Shown here: positions 40,436-53,640 of the stretch, one piece after another
Position numbering within the stretch: position 1 is the stretch's first letter
Layout of the letters: each line of letters begins with the position of its first letter
Source of the DNA: Octopus bimaculoides
Lineage: Eukaryota
DNA length: 64,000 nt
Assembly (NCBI RefSeq): GCF_001194135.2
Contig: NC_068981.1
Coordinates: 48,946,072 to 49,010,071, forward strand
Direction: 5' to 3'
Program-made: the position numbers and the translations under genes
Notes under the pieces: generated by a model
Databases searched by the model: none
Seen by the model: only the letters and a program-made list of their open reading frames with translations
Told to the model about the DNA's origin: nothing

Positions 40436-41777
40436 TTTGTGTGCGTGTACGTAGTAATTTATCTTTATGTATATAACCACTTGCGTACTTATGCATATTT
40501 GAATCCTGTTCTGATAATCCGTCTCGGCTTTTCCTTTGTCAGCTCCACTAACTTCATTACTCTTCTAATACATCCACAAAGGCACATGCCCACATAAATA
40601 CACGAAGGTGCACGCGCACACATATACACACATACACTTCACATCAAACCTCACGTATACAGAATGCTAATATTTTTTTTAATATTTTCTACACACTTCG
40701 ATAAATCATGAAACGAAATTTGCGTGAGTGATTGGCTGCGTCTATGCATGCGCTTGTGCGCGTGTGTGTGTATGTGTGTGTCTGTATATCTATGTGCATT
40801 CAGTCTTTTGTACTCCGTCGGAATACATTGTGACTTTATTTTAAAATTCACTTTCGACTTATATAAATGCACACTAGAGAGCCGAAACATTACTTGACCT
40901 TCATAGAATAAATTGTGTTATTTGACTATATAGCTTTATATCCTGTAGTAAACTTATGCTTTGTGTAATATTGTGTTGTGTTGGGAAAGCCTGAACTGGG
41001 GATCGATCGAAATAATTATACATCCTTCCCACTAACTTTTAAATATTACTGGTCTGGTCTTGATTTGAGAAACCACCACTAATAGTGCTTTTACACGCAA
41101 GTCACGGTGTATTAATACGAGTATCTTCTTATAAAACTTCCAATTTTCTTTACGGTTTCCGGAAATGCAATATATATTGTAAACTTAATGAGATATGTTT
41201 TTTCTCATATAATATCACGTAATATCCTCTGCAAGTTTTGTGCTTAATGTCTTTCTCAAAATTATTCAGAAAGAAAGTGAACGCAACCTCCTTGTTATAT
41301 TACATGACAAACTATCGGAATGTCACTCATTCTCAGATATATATTTGACCATAATGCCGTATTCATTACTGGTAGGATGGGGAACGACTACTCAGACAAC
41401 CAACAAACACTATTCATGAATTTTTACTAAAACAAATGAAATGAAAATAAAATAACGTAATAACATATTCAGTATAGGATGACGTAAACAAGTTATTATG
41501 CTATATTTTCCATGTTTTCCAACAATCAAATCTATTTTCATACCAAAAGCTGATGTGTATTGTGAACGATTCACAATGCTTGCTATTTTGTGTAACCGAA
41601 GTTTAAATAAATATCATCTCAATGTAGTATCAAGAATGCTGCATTCATCCGACTCAGCCAAATGCACTGGCAGCAGATATNNNNNNNNNNNNNNNNNNNN
41701 NNNNNNNNNNNNNNNNNNNNNNNNNNNNNNNNNNNNNNNNNNNNNNNNNNNNNNNNNNNNNNNNNNNNNNNNNNNNN

Positions 41778-41838
<61 letters not shown>

Positions 41839-42431
41839 TATCTATTTATATCTATATCCATGTATCTATCCATCTATTTATCCATCTACCCATCTATCTG
41901 TCTGCCTGTCTGTCTGTCTACCATCTCGTTTCTCTCATCCATCTCTGTTATGTATGTATGTGTATGTGTGTGAACGCGTGTGCTTGTGTAATTGTACCAC
42001 TGTGTTTGAGTATGTGTTTGTATATTGTGTAATACTCATTTTGTTTGTCCCTTTATTCATGTTGATATTCTTGTCCAGAATTTGAACAAAATGTTATTTT
42101 TCCCTGTCATCTTTATAGCTAACGGCGTTTAATTTGTTTAATTTTGCCCCTCGTGTTATTCATGCTGTTCATTGTTACCGTTCGTAACTCAGTCGTTTGA
42201 AGCATATCTACTATACTACACCATATAACAGACGCTCTTGGCTCTATCAATGTTTATGTCTATGTTATATTTCCAGGTTATTTTCAGAGGAATAAATATT
42301 TGCAAACAAGTACGAAAATATATCGAGGTTATCTGCACACGCCATTTTCATAAACTCGACACTGTATCTCTCCGGCATACCGCCAGTTGCACGTTGAAGT
42401 TTTTTCAAAGTTATTATTTGTTGCTAAGTAA

Positions 42432-42465
<34 letters not shown>

Positions 42466-43462
42466 NNNNNNNNNNNNNNNNNNNNNNNNNNNNNNNNNNN
42501 NNNNNNNNNNNNNNNNNNNNNNNNNNNNNNNNNNNNNNNNNNNNNNNNNNNNNNNNNNNNNNNNNNNNNNNNNNNNNNNNNNNNNNNNNNNNNNNNNNNN
42601 NNNNNNNNNNNNNNNNNNNNNNNNNNNNNNNNNNNNNNNNNNNNNNNNNNNNNNNNNNNNNNNNNNNNNNNNNNNNNNNNNNNNNNNNNNNNNNNNNNNN
42701 NNNNNNNNNNNNNNNNNNNNNNNNNNNNNNNNNNNNNNNNNNNNNNNNNNNNNNNNNNNNNNNNNNNNNNNNNNNNNNNNNNNNNNNNNNNNNNNNNNNN
42801 NNNNNNNNNNNNNNNNNNNNNNNNNNNNNNNNNNNNNNNNNNNNNNNNNNNNNNNNNNNNNNNNNNNNNNNNNNNNNNNNNNNNNNNNNNNNNNNNNNNN
42901 NNNNNNNNNNNNNNNNNNNNNNNNNNNNNNNNNNNNNNNNNNNTATATATATATATATATATATATATGATGATGATGATGATATATGATGTATATATAT
43001 ATCTATCTATATCTCTATATATCTATCTATCTATCCATCTATAGTAATGACCTTAATATTATTAAATATATTTAAAGGGAATAAATAATAAATTTCCCTT
43101 TATGAGGTTTTTCACACTAACTAGTTGACAAATTCTTATAAATATTTTATTCTATATTTTAATTATATATATATAATTTGCTGTACCGTAACATCAGCCA
43201 AAAATTATCCCCATCCAGTGAGATATAAATATCATTTAATGCACACAATACAATACTTTAGTTACTCGTATTTTCGTGCATTGGAAATGCAGGTCTAGAC
43301 AGGATTTTATAACACGCCTTTGAGCACCTGTTTTATTCAATTTCCAAACCAGTACGTTCAATAGTTCATGTGCTCAGAATCCGATCATTTCTTGGACACA
43401 CACGGCGTGTGATTTTATACACTGTATTTTATATTATTTATAGGTGTGTGTGTGTGTATGTG

Positions 43463-43506
<44 letters not shown>

Positions 43507-43915
43507 TGTGTGTGTATGTGCGAGAGAGAGAGAGAGAGAGAGTGTGTATAGATCATAAAACGTCAAGTGTCAGGAGAGATGAATGTAGTTATTTAAGCAT
43601 TTGATATACTTAAGATTATGGCTGTTTTGCAAACTTTATCACGTAAAAATATTTCCATTATATAATAAATTATTTTACATTTCTTCACCAATCTTAATGA
43701 TATCAATTGGTTAAATAAATCCATTTACCTTCCATACCTTCAGACCTTTTGCGGTTTATATATTCCCCATGAAATGATTTCATCGATTTGGTTTCATGGA
43801 TTTCAGTTGCATACGACTCTGCATTATACTCATCCGTGTTGGATTATTATGAGGTATGATAGCCGATGCCACATGTGAAGATTTTTTTGATAGCCACAAG
43901 ATTCTATGAGTTCAT

Positions 43916-43918
<3 letters not shown>

Positions 43919-43989
<71 letters not shown>
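43919..43989. repeat. (CT)n microsatellite
   Basis: Read directly from the sequence. Confidence 0.95.
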
Positions 43990-43994
<5 letters not shown>

Positions 43995-46900
43995 TCTCTT
44001 TCTCTTTCCCCACACGCACCCGCTCACACATACACACACAGACATGGTTAAAGCACGAGTCGCCTGTAGAGGCTATTCACTTTTAAGTCATTTCTTCCAC
44101 TCTCCGCTCACAGCTGTTTTTCCGTCCTGTTTTGTAAACACCCCTTTTGCTAATGTTGGTTTAGGGCGCTGTTATACGTTCATCAACTGGTCTTTCCTTA
44201 AAAATAAACAATATTATCATAACTTTAAAATGTTATATATCAGAATTAACAAATCGGCGGAATAAATCATTTTTTACAGTTTATTATTTGATTGGCAATA
44301 TTGTTGATGTGAATTCATGTGAAGATTTATCTTGCTACGTCTTGGGAGGATCATAACGCTAATAATAATAAGCAAATGCACAGCCCCACCCCCAATATTT
44401 TTATTGTTGATGCACACATCGAGGCACGAGCAAGCACATGCATAGACAGAAACACAAGTCCACACTAGCACACATGCACCCACGCACACGCACGTGCAAA
44501 GATAAGCACATACACGCACAAAGTGTACAGGCACACACGCGCATATATGCATACTTGCGCAGGAACACATACATGCGCACAAGTAAGCACACACGCAGAC
44601 ATACAACCCGGCGCTTATTAAAAAGACAGGGTACACCACATGGACATGCCTATGCGTACGCACACACACTGGAACATATTTAAGTACGCACACAAATTCA
44701 CACATTCAAGTAAGCACACAAATTCACACATTCAAGTAAGCACACATATTCACACACACATACGAACAAATACACTCACTCACAGAATGGACTTAACCAC
44801 GCAAACACGGACACTAGGCCACACACTTGAGCACACATGCATACATGCTCACACACATCCATACCTGCACACGCGGAAGTGTACACAAACACACAGATAC
44901 ACACGTGTGCTCGCAGTTGCACACACGCACACGTCTATAATGTCCATTCCCTCATCCGTCACGTAAGAAATCTCATCCATAAATCTTAACGAGATGACAA
45001 GTAAAATCTAACAGATCTGTGACGGAACTGATTTTGAACAAAAAGACTGAAATATTAAAGAGATCAGAAACGCACAAACACTCCTACAGGCAACAATGTG
45101 AGCGTACACAAGCAAAAACACACTCACGTGCACATTCTAAATTTAAATTAATTTTGCAAATTTTCTTTGAAGCCTCTCTATGACTAAGGTTATTTCTTGG
45201 CTCCCGATGACAAAAAGCTGACATTAGCTGCGTGGTAAGAATATCAACTACGGCTTTATCGTGATAGATATCCAGTTTGGAAGTATTTATAGGTAAGGTG
45301 ACTCAGCAGAAAGCATATCTGCGAGAAATTGATTAAGCTTAAAAATCGTATTGAATTTGGGAGACATCTAGCACATTGAATTTATCGATAAGTGAAAAAA
45401 ATCGTTTGAATTTATTAATTTTAAATATAAGTGATGCTGTGTTTGATACAGGTACATGTAATATTCTTGTCGTTTCAGTCAAGTATGAAATCGAACCGTT
45501 TATTTTCGAGTGTGGTTTAACGAATGAGACAGTGTCCATATTCGCTTCTATATACTCGTGAATAAAATTTATGATAAAATAATATAAGAAGTCATGAATC
45601 ATCATTAATGAAATACAGTTCAAATATTTACCACTTTGCACTCGATTAACGATTAATTACAAATGCACCTATGAATTTGTAATAAAGTACTTTAGGTGTT
45701 TCGGAATATAAACTATATAAGATTTGAATTTCATTGTTACGTCGATTTCTTTGACTACCTACGTAGCAAAAATATTTGCGTTATATTTTTGAAACAATAC
45801 GATGCTACACACAAATCATTATGTACATTTCTTGCTCTTCTGTTTAGTACAAAGCGAAAATTCAAGTGGGTGTGTTTCGACATCCATGAGAGAAAATACA
45901 AAGATTGTTGCTCACTTTCTGTTAGGTGGTGCTTTTTAATATATTTTGATTTTACAATTTGTTCAGAAATTAATTATTACTTAATTATAATGTTATCATT
46001 AAAATAAATGCTTGCAATGAAAATTATATTTTACGTGTTAATTAAAGCACTGACCTTTGTGAATATTTGCATACCTGCAGTTAACGGAATTATTCAACTC
46101 GTGAGTAATTAATAACTCATCATTGTAATTCCCAAATCGTAAAAACAAAACAAACAGATACAATTACATTTAATTTTGTGGGTTTCGAGCGATGAAATAA
46201 CAAAAACAAAGCTCTTAATAATTAATTGATTGGTTAAAATCAAGGAAAAAAATATTGGGAATAATGTCATGAATATATAATTATAAGCTTCAGATTATAT
46301 AAACATACACATTACATCTCTTTATTAAAAGTCCTGTACTCAAGTGGTAGTTAGAATATGTCTTGTTCAATCAGTAGTGCGCCTGGTGGATCGTACTTTA
46401 CTACAAAATACTGAACGTGACATGTGCCACATTATAAACGGTGCGTTATATACTACCATAATTGCTATAGATATATTCTATATTTGTAAATTGGTTGCAC
46501 ACACACATACATAATTACACCATAAATCATGTTCAAATTAATGTTAGAATTTTATAAAACTCCACGTTAGACATATGTGCAACTATCAATAGAGTGAAAA
46601 ATATAGCCAACTATAGAAATTTCACTCTATTGATACCAAAACTGGAATGAAAGTTCCGTACACATATAGAGAGCATCATGAAAGTTTTCCGTTCGTTTAC
46701 TTGACCATTTTACTTTTCTCTGATCCAGACTGTGTATCGCACGTTTATTATATCTTGTTGATATATGTCCTGTAATATGAAATCCAAGAAATAGTTTTCA
46801 GTAACGTTGGAGAAAAAGGTTTAACATCTATAATTATTTGACATTATATACCAGGCCCTAATACAACTTATTGCTTCTATATGATTGACTGCTGGGATAC

Positions 46901-49862
46901 GCAGCATAAGCTGCAGCGCTATTGATAAAAACTGTTTTCCATTGGGAAGCAGTTGCTCTCACGTCGTTGAATTTTGCAATTTAACAAGCAAATTACTTTG
47001 TCTTAGAATTTAATATATTCTCTTACGGATAATTAATTCAATCTTTTGCCTTAAGCACATTGCAGATTTATTGTCTTATATGTGATTAACTCTTTCTATA
47101 GTGTTATATGATTTATGGAGATATTAAACAGCCTGAAACAAACCAACATACGATAAATGGTAGTCTGACCTCATCATAATGGGATTTCTTAAATGCATTT
47201 ACTTAAAGATTGTTACCCAATAAGCTTTGATATAAAATAAAAAAAAGGGATCTTATCACAGACGGCAAAATTGAAGCTTCTAGTAGACGTTTCTATTTGT
47301 CCTTTGGCAGTGAGCAATGTACGAATGCTCTAATTCTGGTACAATTTTGTATATACCAGTAATGTCGTTTTCTCAGATGTTGCCTGGTACGATACAAATA
47401 GCAGTTTTTCTTCAGCAACGTAGAATAATTTAGAATTGAAAGTCTAGAATTCAAATTCAAGAATTTAACGCCACAGCGATTAATGGTTATAACAGATGCA
47501 TGACTTAATTCACGTGGAGACAATAGTCTGATTTCGAACGTTTATAACCTGTCGGCCTTTGCTTAAACTAGTAGCCTTTTGTTAATTTCTTCTTTAAGCA
47601 CACGTAGAATACATATGCACATTAATACATATGAATCCCTGTTTTTATTCTTTGAATCTTTCACTCTTTTCTGACTGATATATCAGTGTTGCATCATCTT
47701 TGAGGCTTTTGAGATAGTCTTATCGACCACTATTGGTAATTTAGTAATTATTTTATATTCATATATTTATTGAAAAATTAATTTATGTTTCAGCAAACAT
47801 AATTAAGATTTTAGGAATATTTGACACACATGAATTTTAGCTTAAACTAATGACTGTAAATGTAGACAGCGCAAGAAATGATATATTTAACATAAGTGTA
47901 GTGGTTAGAGACAAATTTGTCCTCCTTGCGCACATCGCATTAAATCACGGGAAATATATCTACATGCATACATGCATAAATACACCTAAGTACATACACA
48001 CGTATAACTCTATGTAGTCTGATCTATGCATATGCATTTATATATAGTGATTGATTTCGTGTTCGGTTACGTGGTAGGCTGCTTATATAATCATTGATTT
48101 CTCCTGATGAACATTCAGATTCATAACGCTGCATTTGAGAGTTCACTAGATTGGATCTAACAGCTTAAATAACAGACTAATTCTACCATAAACCACGATG
48201 AAAAAAAAACTATGTTCTGTTGTATGTATCTTCCTCTAATGCTATACGCAGATTCAATATAAATTTTTAAAATGTGTTTATTTTTGTGTTCGAATGCATT
48301 TACGTGCGTGTGTATATCATAGATCAAAGGCAGTTCGCGGACCCATTTCAATCATGTACCACAAAATTGATCTAACCATCCAAAATATTTTCCATCTATA
48401 TATTTACACAAAATATATGAGATTTATTTATATAAACGAGCAAATACACATGTACACGTATAAACGCGCAGATACTTGCATTTCATCACATGTAGGTACA
48501 TACATGCACGCACGAATATCTAGATTAATGTACACGTACACATTTTATACATATACTGCGCATGGGCATATGCACAGATTTCCATATATACGCGCATATA
48601 TAAAACATACATATAATCATAATTATGTGTGTATGTGTTAAACACACGCAAACACTATATATATTTTCTTACCGTTTTTAGCCATGTTTTCGTATATGTA
48701 TAAATACATACAAACATACATACATGTATTTATATGCAATTGCCTCCATGCTCTTAAATTTTATTGAATTTTCAGTTCGTTTTATGTATACGAAGCAAAG
48801 TTTTCATTTTAAAATTATGTGTGTACACACACTTGAAGCTTGGAGAAAAATGGTGGCAACAGATAAAAACTTAAATTATCTAGAAACTATACTAGTAATA
48901 CAGTTAACTTACCCATGGTTTAACACTGAGTGCAATGAGTGATGTTATGAGACAACATAAGAGTCATGGTTATATTTTCAAATGAATTGAAGGGACAATG
49001 AAGGAATTGAGTAGATAAATAGAGCAGATTACTGTTGCAAGTTAGAGTGTTAATAAGAAACGAAAGATCAAAAGTCAAATTCAGTTGGACACAGAAACAT
49101 TAGAAGGTAAAATATAGTCCATGAAAGAAAAAGAAGCAAATGAAACGTTGAGAAATGTACCTGTAGTATGCGTACAGAAATGTGCACTTATCATTGCTTT
49201 TTCAGCAATTCACACTCACACAAACGTTTAATGCATGTGTTTCTCCGTGCTTGAATGTGTATGTGCACGTATATTCGGTCTCCTTGCTAATTCATGTACA
49301 TCTATTTAGCTACTGTGTATGAATAATGCACATTCATAAATACATACGTATATCTTACGTGTTTGTGTGAGCATGTGCGAATATGGTTTAACCAAACTAA
49401 GACACAGTGCGATACTTAATAGAAATATGCGAAAAATGCACATAAAATCTGTGAGAGAAAGAAATATGATATATTAAAATACATGGGTTCGTATATATGC
49501 ATGTTTTTGTAATGTGGAAAAGTCAAACAAAATGTTGCACAAGAAACTATGAGCAGAATGACTTGCTATTATTCTTTATGTAAAGGTCATTGCTAAGCGA
49601 CCAGAACTGCAATGAGAGGAAGAGTAAATGTGAACATCCCGTATTATAATGATTGCTAAAATTCATATTGGTATTACGCCGCGAAAAAAAGTTACTGACA
49701 AACCAATAAATAAGGAAGGTGGATTAAATCAAAATAAAATTAGCAGAGATTCAATCAAATTAAGCAGTACATATGTGTGTCAGTGTGTGCCTGTGCCTGC
49801 GTGTGTGTGTGTGTGTGTGCGTATTTCTATGTATATTTCCGTGTGCCTGCGTGCATGTGTGT

Positions 49863-49898
<36 letters not shown>

Positions 49899-50020
49899 CA
49901 AAGTTTAAAACAGCGAAACATACATATATTAATTTAATGAAAGACAATTAAATGATTTTGTTATCTCTCCATTTAGTATTCACCTTCGTATGGCAGCGTA
50001 GCTCTTTCTTTGTTCACCAT

Positions 50021-50780
50021 ATAATAATAAGACAACATTGTAAATATAATAATAAGACAACATTGTAAATATAATAATAAGACAACATTGTAAATATAAT
50101 AATAAGACAACATTGTAAATATAATAATAAGACAACATTGTAAATATAATAATAAGACAACANNNNNNNNNNNNNNNNNNNNNNNNNNNNNNNNNNNNNN
50201 NNNNNNNNNNNNNNNNNNNNNNNNNNNNNNNNNNNNNNNNNNNNNNNNNNNNNNNNNNNNNNNNNNNNNNNNNNNNNNNNNNNNNNNNNNNNNNNNNNNN
50301 NNNNNNNNNNNNNNNNNNNNNNNNNNNNNNNNNNNNNNNNNNNNNNNNNNNNNNNNNNNNNNNNNNNNNNNNNNNNNNNNNNNNNNNNNNNNNNNNNNNN
50401 NNNNNNNNNNNNNNNNNNNNNNNNNNNNNNNNNNNNNNNNNNNNNNNNNNNNNNNNNNNNNNNNNNNNNNNNNNNNNNNNNNNNNNNNNNNNNNNNNNNN
50501 NNNNNNNNNNNNNNNNNNNNNNNNNNNNNNNNNNNNNNNNNNNNNNNNNNNNNNNNNNNNNNNNNNNNNNNNNNNNNNNNNNNNNNNNNNNNNNNNNNNN
50601 NNNNNNNNNNNNNNNNNNNNNNNNNNNNNNNNNNNNNNNNCAACATTGTAAATATAATAATAAGACAACATTGTAAATATAATAATAAGACAACATTGTA
50701 AATATAATAATAAGACAACATTGTAAATATAATAATAAGACAACATTGTAAATATAATAATAAGACAACATTGTAAATAT
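50021..50780. repeat. 25-bp minisatellite (ATAATAATAAGACAACATTGTAAAT)n spanning a gap
   Basis: More than five identical units lie on each side of the N-run at 50163-50640, with no spacers. Confidence 0.95.
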
Positions 50781-52759
50781 CCCAGCTCAACGCGACGTTT
50801 TTAATAAATAACCACATTAAACAAATTGACCGTGAATTACCTACTAAGATTTTCCACGTTACTAAAATGAATTTTCAACTTGTCTCTTCTTAATGGGTCT
50901 ACTATCTTTAACTTGCAAAATAACAGCAATAAATTCATTCAATGTATTACATATGATGTTACGAATAACAGCACTGCATTGCTGATGTCTATTTGTTTGA
51001 GTTTTCTTTGTTTTTATTAATAACTACCTTATTGTTATAATTTTATTATATCCTTCTTTTACTAGTTACATGAGTGAACAATAATATACTGCGATCAATA
51101 CTACTTCAACAACCTTTGTCTAGTCATTATTTGGTGAATTGTATGATATTTTCGGTTAATCTTTTTCAGAAGGAAAATAAAAATGAAGCAGAAATCTTAA
51201 ATAACTTCAAGAAAATATAATGTAATCTATTAAAGATTAATTACTTGCTTAGGGAAGAATGATAATTTCTTTCCAAACAAGAGGCTTCGTTGGACATTAA
51301 CATCACCAGTACACTGCAGCCAAGTCAAGTGTGCTTGATCTACTGATAAAAATGTGCACAAAGGAAAAAATGTCTACGAACAAATTTTAACCGAAACTGC
51401 GTAAGTTTAAAAGAAAAAAGAGTTAAGATAAAGAACTAAAGTCAATCGAAGCATCTGTTTGATTAGATACATTATGGTATGATGTGCTGAATGCAATTTG
51501 CAAAACATTCTTAGTTATTTGAAAATTTTTCGACTGGTTGGAGAATTAAAATTAAAATTAGCGGTGATTATTAACGTTCCTCTAATGAAAGGGTAGATAT
51601 TTTTGTGATATTTAGAATTAACCATTCAAACAATTCTTATATCTAGAGAATAAAGTCATGTTATTTGTTCGCAGGCAAGGGATACATAGTTTTGTCCTAG
51701 AAATAATCAGAAGAGTATACCTCCCTCAAAAATTTTGATTAGCTAGGAAATATATTTACAGTTAGAAAAAAAAATATTATCCATTGTTTTAGCGTGATTT
51801 GCAAAAGTGTGTCCATATATATATATATATATATATATATGTTTTGCCAGATTTTTGATGTGAAATCGTGTGTTGAAACAGATGTTGTTGTACTTGGGGA
51901 TGGTCATATTGCTAAACTGGCAATATGACCATCCCCAAGTACAACAACATATATATATATAAGAAAAGGTATACAAAAGTTCTCGAATGGACGAACGTCA
52001 TGACTTTAGATCAACAATGAAAGAGATGATAACTGAATGCTTTGCGCAAATAATTTTAAAGCCAAATTGCTGATTTATAGAAATAAGCAGAAAACCTAAT
52101 ATCATTTGTTAGCGGCTATTCTGATTTTGAAAGCAGTCAAGTTATGGCTATGAAACCGATTTTGTATTCGATGTTGAGAAGAGCGGTTGAGATATTTATG
52201 ATTATATTTAATAACAGATAATTGGCATCTTACACAGACAAAAATCCTCAACATCATCAGTAGCAAAGACTAGTCAAACATCATGAACACAACTGTCACT
52301 CTTACACGATAAATAAAACTAGCAGCAATTACATGAGTAGAAACAAGAGTTCCAAATTTTCCATTAAAGCCATTTCTTAGAGAAAAATGAGAGTCCCAGA
52401 TGAACGTTCATATGCTATATAAGAGAACATTCATATGTTATCTAATGCCCTTTCCAGAAGCGGAGCTTGTAAAACACAAGAGAATAAATATCCCTTATAT
52501 GTTCATCTACAAGTACCTGTAAATGGCAAAGTACCTGCACTTCATGCACAACTCACATAACAGAATACAGGATATAAACGAACCATACAAATGCCAGACG
52601 GACTGATACAAGCACATACGCTTTGCATGCCGGTACATTTTACTTCAATCAACGCTTGCTAATGATGTGGACATGAGAATGGCAAATAAAAAAAAAACAA
52701 ATTGTTGCCTGCTGTTGTTATCTTGCCAGTAAAACACAGCCCTTTGAATTCTCGAGAAT

Positions 52760-53130
52760 ATCAATGTCCACCTAATAGCGAATACTGGACATGTTGCTTA
52801 CATAGCATTATTTCGTGGCAGTTTCGCAACAGCTGCTTCATTCACGATTCCGAGAAATCATTGCTAGCAGCTACGCAGTCCGTTTAGATTATTATCAATC
52901 AGAATAGCTTCCACAACAAGCTCGTTCAGGAATAAAAGGTATGTGGCAGCTTGTTCCGCTGATATGTGAATGTTGCCTGGCTTTATAGATTTTGAGTAGG
53001 TCAGCTTGGTTTGCAAGGAACACGAAGCGATGAACCGAGCAAAGTTCAACCCAAAACAGTTAGAGAGCTTGTCAATCAATGTATGGTGAGGCAAGTTCGT
53101 AGTGCTGAACTTCGTTGCTTGAAACGAAAA
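52760..53130 (-). mobile_element. Very decayed PLE-type RT remnant
   Basis: Minus-strand KFSTTNLPHHTLIDKL resembles DFSTLYT.LPH..L.DKL. A possible decayed RY.DD region lies near 52770. Confidence 0.35.
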
Positions 53131-53294
53131 TACTGGATATATGTATGGAGTTTAGTTCGGTTATTCGAGGACACACGTGACTGAGTATGTGTTGAATACT
53201 AAAAGGGGCTGAGAAAGAAAAGAAAAATGTTTTCAACGATATTAATAGCAAACACGTACAAAGAAATTGGAGAACATGTTTATGTGTGATGCTG

Positions 53295-53435
53295 AATTTG
53301 TTGTTGTTGTTGCTTATCTTCTTCTTCTTCTTCTTCTTCTTCTTCTTCTTCTTCTTCTTCTTCTTCTTCTTCTTCTTCTTCTTCTTCTTCCTCTTTTTCT
53401 TCTTATCATTATATTATTGTTATTATTATTATTAA

Positions 53436-53509
<74 letters not shown>

Positions 53510-53583
53510 ATAGCAGTAGTTGTAGTAGCAGCGGCAGCAGTACAGCAGCAACAGCAGCAGCAGCGGTAGTAGTAGTAGTTGTT

Positions 53584-53640
<57 letters not shown>
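53295..53640. repeat. Compound trinucleotide microsatellite (GTT)(CTT)n-(ATT)n-(AGT)n-(AGC)n-(AGT)n
   Basis: Read directly from the sequence. Confidence 0.95.

Noticed and set aside
50021-50780. Regular 25-bp repeats as a possible CRISPR array
   Set aside because: The units are head-to-tail with no spacers, there are no cas genes, and the context is eukaryotic.
52810-52852. Minus-strand TCGTG-AATGA-A-GCA..TGC-GAAAC-TGC-CACGA
   Set aside because: The CUG of the core is missing and there is no GUH. It lies in a decayed RT remnant and has no second copy for support.
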